Made by a program: the position numbers and the translations under genes
Notes under the pieces: generated by a model
Seen by the model: the letters and a program-made list of their open reading frames with translations, nothing else
What the model was told of the DNA's origin: nothing
Database searches by the model: none
Part shown: piece by piece, positions 26,225 to 32,799 of the stretch
Layout: each line of letters starts with the position of its first letter
Position numbering within the stretch: the stretch's first letter is position 1
Assembly: GCF_018977255.1 (NCBI RefSeq)
Contig: NW_024705590.1
Location: 1 to 32,799 of the forward strand
Origin: Callorhinchus milii
Lineage: Eukaryota
DNA length: 32,799 nucleotides
Reading direction: 5' to 3'

Positions 26225-26871
26225 CCCACTCACCCATTCACACATCCACTCACTCACTCACGCACTCACTCACCCACTTATCCATTCACACACCCACTCA
26301 CTCACCCACTCACCCACTCACTCACCCACTCACTCACCCACTCACCATCACCACCCACACACTCACCCACTCACTCACTCACCCGCCCGCTCACACTTTA
26401 TTGAATGAACACAGCTGTACAAATGATATTCTATCTGCGTCTAAACATCCCACTGCTATTGTTAGTGTGGGAGTCAAGTTCCGTGTTTATTTAGTTAGTC
26501 TAGCTGTATCATCAAACTCATTGACACACTGAGACCCATAGAGCTACATAGAGATTATAAAGACTGATAGAGATACATGCACGTCGAGAGATATACATAG
26601 ATACGTAAAGGTAGATATATACTCTTAGATGATAGAAATACGACCATTAAATACATAGCGACCCATAGAATACAAGATAACAAGACCATAGAGACACATA
26701 GAGACCCTAATTGAGATACAGATATACAAGAAGACCCATAGATATACCACAAGATGACATGGGATAACCAGAAGACCGCCATTCACGGAAGTTGATACGC
26801 TAACACCTGAGATATAGCACTATAGCCAGAGACACAGCCATTGAGAGACACGACAGTAATTCAAAGAGTGG

Positions 26872-27227
26872 ATGGTTAGCATCTAAATCCTGTTCGAGGA
26901 TTCTGGAAGGTGGTCGTGGCTAAGGCGGAGCCAGCCACGCCACAAAGATTATAAGCTGAGTTCCCAGAGGGACCGGCATTGTTGTTCGTCCTGAAGAAAC
27001 CTTCATCTATGTCTACGTTCTCCGCTCAACGAGTCTCCAACACGTGGACCTGGACCCGAGCTGTGGTCCCGGTCCTTAGTAGCTCATTACTTTATAATTA
27101 GTGTAGTTAGCCTGGTGGTCACCACCATAGGTTGTTATTCTGTTAAGGGGATGTTACCCCGTGTGTTGGAGTTAAATGAATGTGTTGCCTCCAAGTATAC
27201 GTATTCCACTCAGTCAAACTCACTACC
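26872..27227 (+). mobile_element. Putative solo LTR, copy 3 (3' part intact, 5' part collapsed)
   Basis: Matches ~3799-4155 from ATGGTTAGCATC onward. Confidence 0.45.
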
Positions 27228-27241
27228 CATATATACACAGA

Positions 27242-27270
27242 ATAGCGGTAAGGACCCGGCGTTGCCCGGG
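27242..27270 (-). mobile_element. Helitron-like 3' terminus, copy 3
   Basis: Identical to 4170-4198. Confidence 0.55.
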
Positions 27271-27339
27271 CGAAAAAGGCAGACACACACATGCAGTTAC
27301 ACACACAAATCGACTGACACATACATACATACATAGACT

Positions 27340-28010
27340 GAACAAGAAAACCAGCATTCGCCAGTAAGTGGCGGTGACATCACCACAACGCTTGTGCCAG
27401 GCTATGTGCACCTTGAGGCCACGTGAAGTGTCGAACGTCCGCTGCAGGAGGTCATGGGGCAGACCCAGATGGCACAGGTCGACTGACTGAGACGACTGGC
27501 TGATGCACCACCTGTTCCCCCTACTGTGGCAACTTGCTGTGCTTTAGCCACCCAGCGCTCGCTCATTGTTGTGAGCGTCGCTCCTCCGCCCTCCATTGTT
27601 GTTGGAGGGCGACTGCCTCCAACTGCCCAGTAGCGTCCTTCAGGAGCCTCCTCCACAGAGGCCGATCTTGACACGGCTGTACCAGTCATCGGCAAGTCGA
27701 CTCAGCTCCACGTCCTCCTGTACCACATCACTCCATGTCTTCTCTAGCCCGTGCCGCGCCCGTTTAGCCCCCTCGATCCGGCCGAACAAAAGCTGTTTAG
27801 GCATGTGGTGGCTGGCCATGCGGGCCTCATGACTCAGGCAACACAGCCTTGCCTGCCGGAGGAGCTCACCGATGGGACTTTTGCACATCTTTCAAGGATT
27901 TGTGAGCTCCTCACACAATGCAGCCTGGTTAAAGCCAGGATGGATCGTAGGCAGGCCATCCTAAATGTTTCTAACCGGCAAAGATGTTCCATTAGGGGGT
28001 TCCACGCATT
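27340..28010 (-). mobile_element. RTE-clade LINE 3' fragment, copy 3
   Basis: ORF 27640-27888(-) has the same motifs, with single-base frameshifts. Confidence 0.85.
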
Positions 28011-31000
28011 CACTCATCCACTGACCCACTTACCCATTCACGCACCCACCCACTCTACCCATTCACTTATACACTCACCTACCTATCCACTCACTTAATC
28101 ATCCACTTATCACTCACTCTTCCACTCACCACCTATCACTCACTCACCCACTGAGTCACTCAACCACTCACCACCCACTAACTCACCCACCCACCCACTC
28201 ACCCAACCGCTCACTTAAATATTCATCCATCCACTCATTCGCTCATTCACCCACCACTCATCCACACACCCCCCACTCACCCACTCATAACTCACTCATT
28301 CACTCACCAACACACACACTCACCTATTCACCCACCCACCCACTCACTCAATAATCCACTCACTCACTCATGCACTTATGCCTCACTCATCCACTCACCA
28401 TCCACTCTTCACTATCCCATCAACCCACCCACTATACCCATTCACCCACCACCACCAATATACTACTCCATCTCACTATCCCACTTACTCACCCACTCAT
28501 CACTCACTCCTCACTCAACTCATCATCACTCACCCATCACCCACGCCACTCACCCATCACCACTCATCCCACTCACTCACTCAATCACCCACTCCACTCA
28601 ACACCCACCTCACCCATCCACTCACTCATCCCACTCACCCACCACCCCACTCACTCCCACCACTCACTCATCCACTCACCACCCACTTCCACAACCACTC
28701 ACTCACCACTCACTCACTCACCCACTCACCTCATCAACCACTCATCCACTCATCCATCCCACTCACTCATCCACTCATCTCACTACCAAACACACGCACC
28801 ACTCACTGCACCTATTCACCACTCCACTATCAATCATCACTACTCGCTCACTCACTCATCACTCTCATCCACTCATCATCCATGCATTCACTTTCCACTA
28901 TCCACTTACCATCCGCACCCACTTCATCACCATCACTAACACACTCACTTACATCACTAACTTAATCATCCACTTACTACCATCACCCCACCTATTCACT
29001 CATCACACACGATCACCACTACACTCCTACTCACCCACTCACCCACTCACCCACCCACCCACCCACCACTCACCCACCACCCCCACCCACCACCACCACC
29101 CCACCCCACCCCACCACCCACTCACCCACCCCCACCCACCCACTCACCCACCCACCCACTCACCCAACCACTCACCTAACACACCCATCCCACTCACCAC
29201 TCACCACCCACTCACCCACCACCACTCACCCACCACTACCACACCACTCACCACCCACCACTCACCACTCACCATCCACCCACCCACTCACTCACCCAAC
29301 CACTCACTCATCCACTCACTCACCCACTCATCCATTCACCGAACCACCCACCCACTCAATAAATCCACTCACTTATGCACTCACTCATCAACTCACTCAC
29401 TCATCCACTTACTCACTCATCCACTCATTCACTCATCCACTCACCACCCTTACCATCACCACCCACCCACTAATACCATTCACTCACACCATACAACTCA
29501 CCCACCCACTCACCCACCACACCACCCACCACCAACACCCACTCACCACTCACCACCACTCACAACTCACCCACCACTCACCACCCACTCACCCACCCAC
29601 CCACCACCCTCAAACTCATCACCACATCATTCACCCACTCATCCACACACACACCCACTCACCACTCACACTCACTCATCACTCACCAACCACTACACAC
29701 TACTACCACCCAACCACTCACTCACCACCACTCACTATCCACACTCACTCACTCATCTCAATCACCACACCCACCTCACCCATTCCACATACACTCACAT
29801 CACTCACTCACTCATCCACTTACTCACTCATCCACTCATTCACTCATCCACTCACCCACCCACTTACGCATTCACGCACCCACCCACTCAATCATCCATT
29901 CACTCACTTATCCACTCACATACTCACCCACCCACTCACCCTCCCACCTACTCACCCACACACCCAACCACCCACTCACTCACTTACCCACCCACTCACC
30001 CACTCACTAACTCACTCATCCATCACCCACCCACTCACCCACTCACCCACTCACCTACTCACCCACTCATTCACTCACCCTCAATTCAACCACCATTCAC
30101 CACTGATCAATTCACCCACCCACTCAATCATCCACTCACTCATCCATTCACCCATTCACCTATCACTCACTCATCCACTCAGTCACTCACCTACTCACCT
30201 ACTCACCCACCCACTCACCCTCCCACCACTCATCCACTCCACCCACCCACTCACCCAACCACCCACCCACTCAATCATCTACTCAAGAACTCACTTATCC
30301 ACTTACTCAGCCACTTACTCACTCACTCATCCACTCACTATTCACTCACCGACTCACCTACTCACCCTGCACTCACTCAATCACCCACTCACTCAACCAC
30401 TCACTCACCTACTCATCATCACCCACCCACACCCACTCAATCATCCACTCACTCACTTATCCACTCACTCACTCATCCACTCACTCACTCACTCATCCAC
30501 TCACTCACTCATCCACTATCACTCATCCACTACCTCACCATTCCATTCATCACACCACTCACTCACTCCACTCACTCACTCCACTCATCACTCACCATTC
30601 ACCTATTCACTCACACTCAGCTCACTCACCTACTCACCTCACCCACCTACTCACCCTTCACTCCACTCACCCACCACCCACTCACCCATTCACCACACTC
30701 ACCCACCACTCACCCATCACCTACTCACCCACTCACTCACTCACCTACTCACTCACCCACCCATACTCACCACCCACTCCACTCACTCATTCACCCACCC
30801 TCCCAATCACTCACCCATTTACCCACTCACTCACCCACTCACTCATTCATCCACTCACTCATTTTCTCACTCATTCACACATCCACTCACCCACATAATC
30901 ACTCACCTACTCACACACTCACTCATCCATTCACTCACTCAACCACTCACTCACTCATCTATTAACCCAACCACCTGCTCACCCATTCATCTATTCACTC

Positions 31001-32799
31001 ACCCACTCTCTCATCCACTCGCACACTCATTCATCCACTCACCCTCCCACCCACTCACCCAATCACCCATTCACCAACTCACCCACTCGGTCACTCACCT
31101 ACTCACCAACAACTCACCCACACACCAACTCAACCAACCACTCACTTAACCGCTCATCCATCCACTCATCCACCCATTCACCCACCGACCCACTCATCCA
31201 TTCACCCACCCACTCACCCATTGACCTATTCACTCACTCACCCACTCAATCACGTATCTACTCACCAACCCACTCACACACACACCCACTCAACCACTCA
31301 CTAACTCCATCACTCATTCACCGATCCACTCACCCACACACCTATGAATCCACCTTCTCAATCACCCACTCACCCACTCACTAACTCAGTTACTCACCCA
31401 CCCACTCACCACTCACTCACCCACCACCCACCACTCACCCACACCACCCACCCACCACTCACCCACTCACCCACCACTCACTCACCCACCCACTCACTCA
31501 CCTCACCCACTCACCACCACTCACTCACCCACTCACTCACCCACCACTCACCACTCACCACTCACTCACCCACCACTCACCCACCCACTCACCACTCACT
31601 CATCACTCACTCACTCACTCACCCATCACTCACCACCACCACTCACTCACCACTCACCCACCCACCTCACCCACTCACCCACCCACTCACCACCCACTCA
31701 CTCACTTACCCACTCACCCACCACCCACTCACCCACTCACCCACTCACCCACCACTCACCCACTCACTCACCCACTCACCCACCACACCACCCACTCACT
31801 CACCCACTCACCCACTCACCACCCACCCACTCACCACTCTCACCCACTCACTCACCCACCACCACCCACCCACTCACCCACCCACCCACTCACCACCCAC
31901 CACTCACCCACCCCACTCACCCACCCACTCACCCACCACTCACCCACTCACTCACCCACTCACTCACCCAACCACTCACCACTCACTCACTCACCCACCA
32001 TCACTCACCCACTCACTCACCCACTCACTCACACCACTCACCACCACTCACTCACTCACTCAACCACACACTCACTCATCCATTGACCCAAACACCTGCT
32101 AACCCATTCACCCATTCAGTCACACACTCTCTCATCCACTCACTGAATCATTCATCCACTCACCGTCCCACCAATCACCCATTCACTGACTCACCCACTC
32201 ACTCATGCACTCACTCATCAACTGACCCACCCACCCACTCACCCATTGACCTATTCATTCACTCACCCACTCAGACACGCACCTTCTTCCCAACCCACTC
32301 TCTCACCAATCACTCACTCACTCACTCACCCACTCACTCCACTCACATCACCCACTCACCTCCACTCACCACCCACCCACCACCTCACTCACACCACTCA
32401 CCCACTCACTCACCCACTCACCCACTCACCCACTCACCCACCCACTCACCACTCACCCACCACTCACCACTCACCAATTCACCCATTCCATCACTCACCC
32501 ACTCACCTAACCATTCACTCACCCCACTCATTATCCACTACCCATTCACACATCCACACACTCACTGATCACCCACTCACTCACTTACTCACTCACTCAT
32601 TCACTCACTCACTCACTCACTCACTCACTCACTCACCCACTCACCCATTCACTCACTCACCACTCATCACTCACTCACCACCACTCACTCATCACCACTC
32701 ACCACCATTCACTCACTCACCCACTCACCACCATCACCACTCACCGAACCACTCACTCATCTGCTGTCTCACTCATCCACTCACCCACCCACTCACCCA
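28011..32799. repeat. Degenerate (CACT/CACC/CATC)n microsatellite with deletion-rich patches
   Basis: Collinear with 4940-~9960, with patches where the 4-nt phase breaks into CAC/ACC trimers. Confidence 0.95.
30806..32799. repeat. Partial macrosatellite unit copy 4 (runs off the window)
   Basis: Matches 1-~2020. Landmarks: ATGAATCCACCTTCTC at 31344 (cf. 540, 8427) and CTGCTGTCTCAC at 32761 (cf. 1985). Confidence 0.93.

Larger units (their letters stand above)
15873..30805. repeat. Macrosatellite unit copy 3, interrupted by an N gap and a 6.7 kb unrelated segment
   Basis: 15873-16367 corresponds to 7888-8382. The repeat resumes at 23139, equivalent to 8439, and continues through modules A and B to 30805. 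Confidence 0.9.

Overview
Eukaryotic repetitive DNA; no intact gene is supported. Most of the window is a ~8 kb head-to-tail macrosatellite. Equivalent positions recur at 1, 7888, 15873 and 30806. Each unit has ~5.3 kb of degenerate, almost G-free (CACT/CACC/CATC)n repeat plus two related complex modules. Module A (~660 bp) holds an AT-rich block, a purine-rich GAGACCCATA/ACAGAGAT minisatellite and a truncated LTR-like piece. Module B (~1.9 kb) holds the same block and minisatellite, a ~620 bp hairpin-rich solo-LTR-like element, a minus-strand Helitron-like 3' end, and a decayed minus-strand RTE-clade LINE 3' fragment with a C2H2 finger relic. The third unit is interrupted by 30 N and 6741 bp (16398-23138) of sequence that looks random, with no ORFs, repeats or termini that I can see. 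It may be synthetic, shuffled or foreign, and I find no biological system in it. The His/Thr/Pro/Ser/Leu-rich ORFs are microsatellite artefacts. The best leads are a possible Helitron head-to-tail junction in every unit, CpG decay between copies, and a 35-nt palindrome found only in module B.
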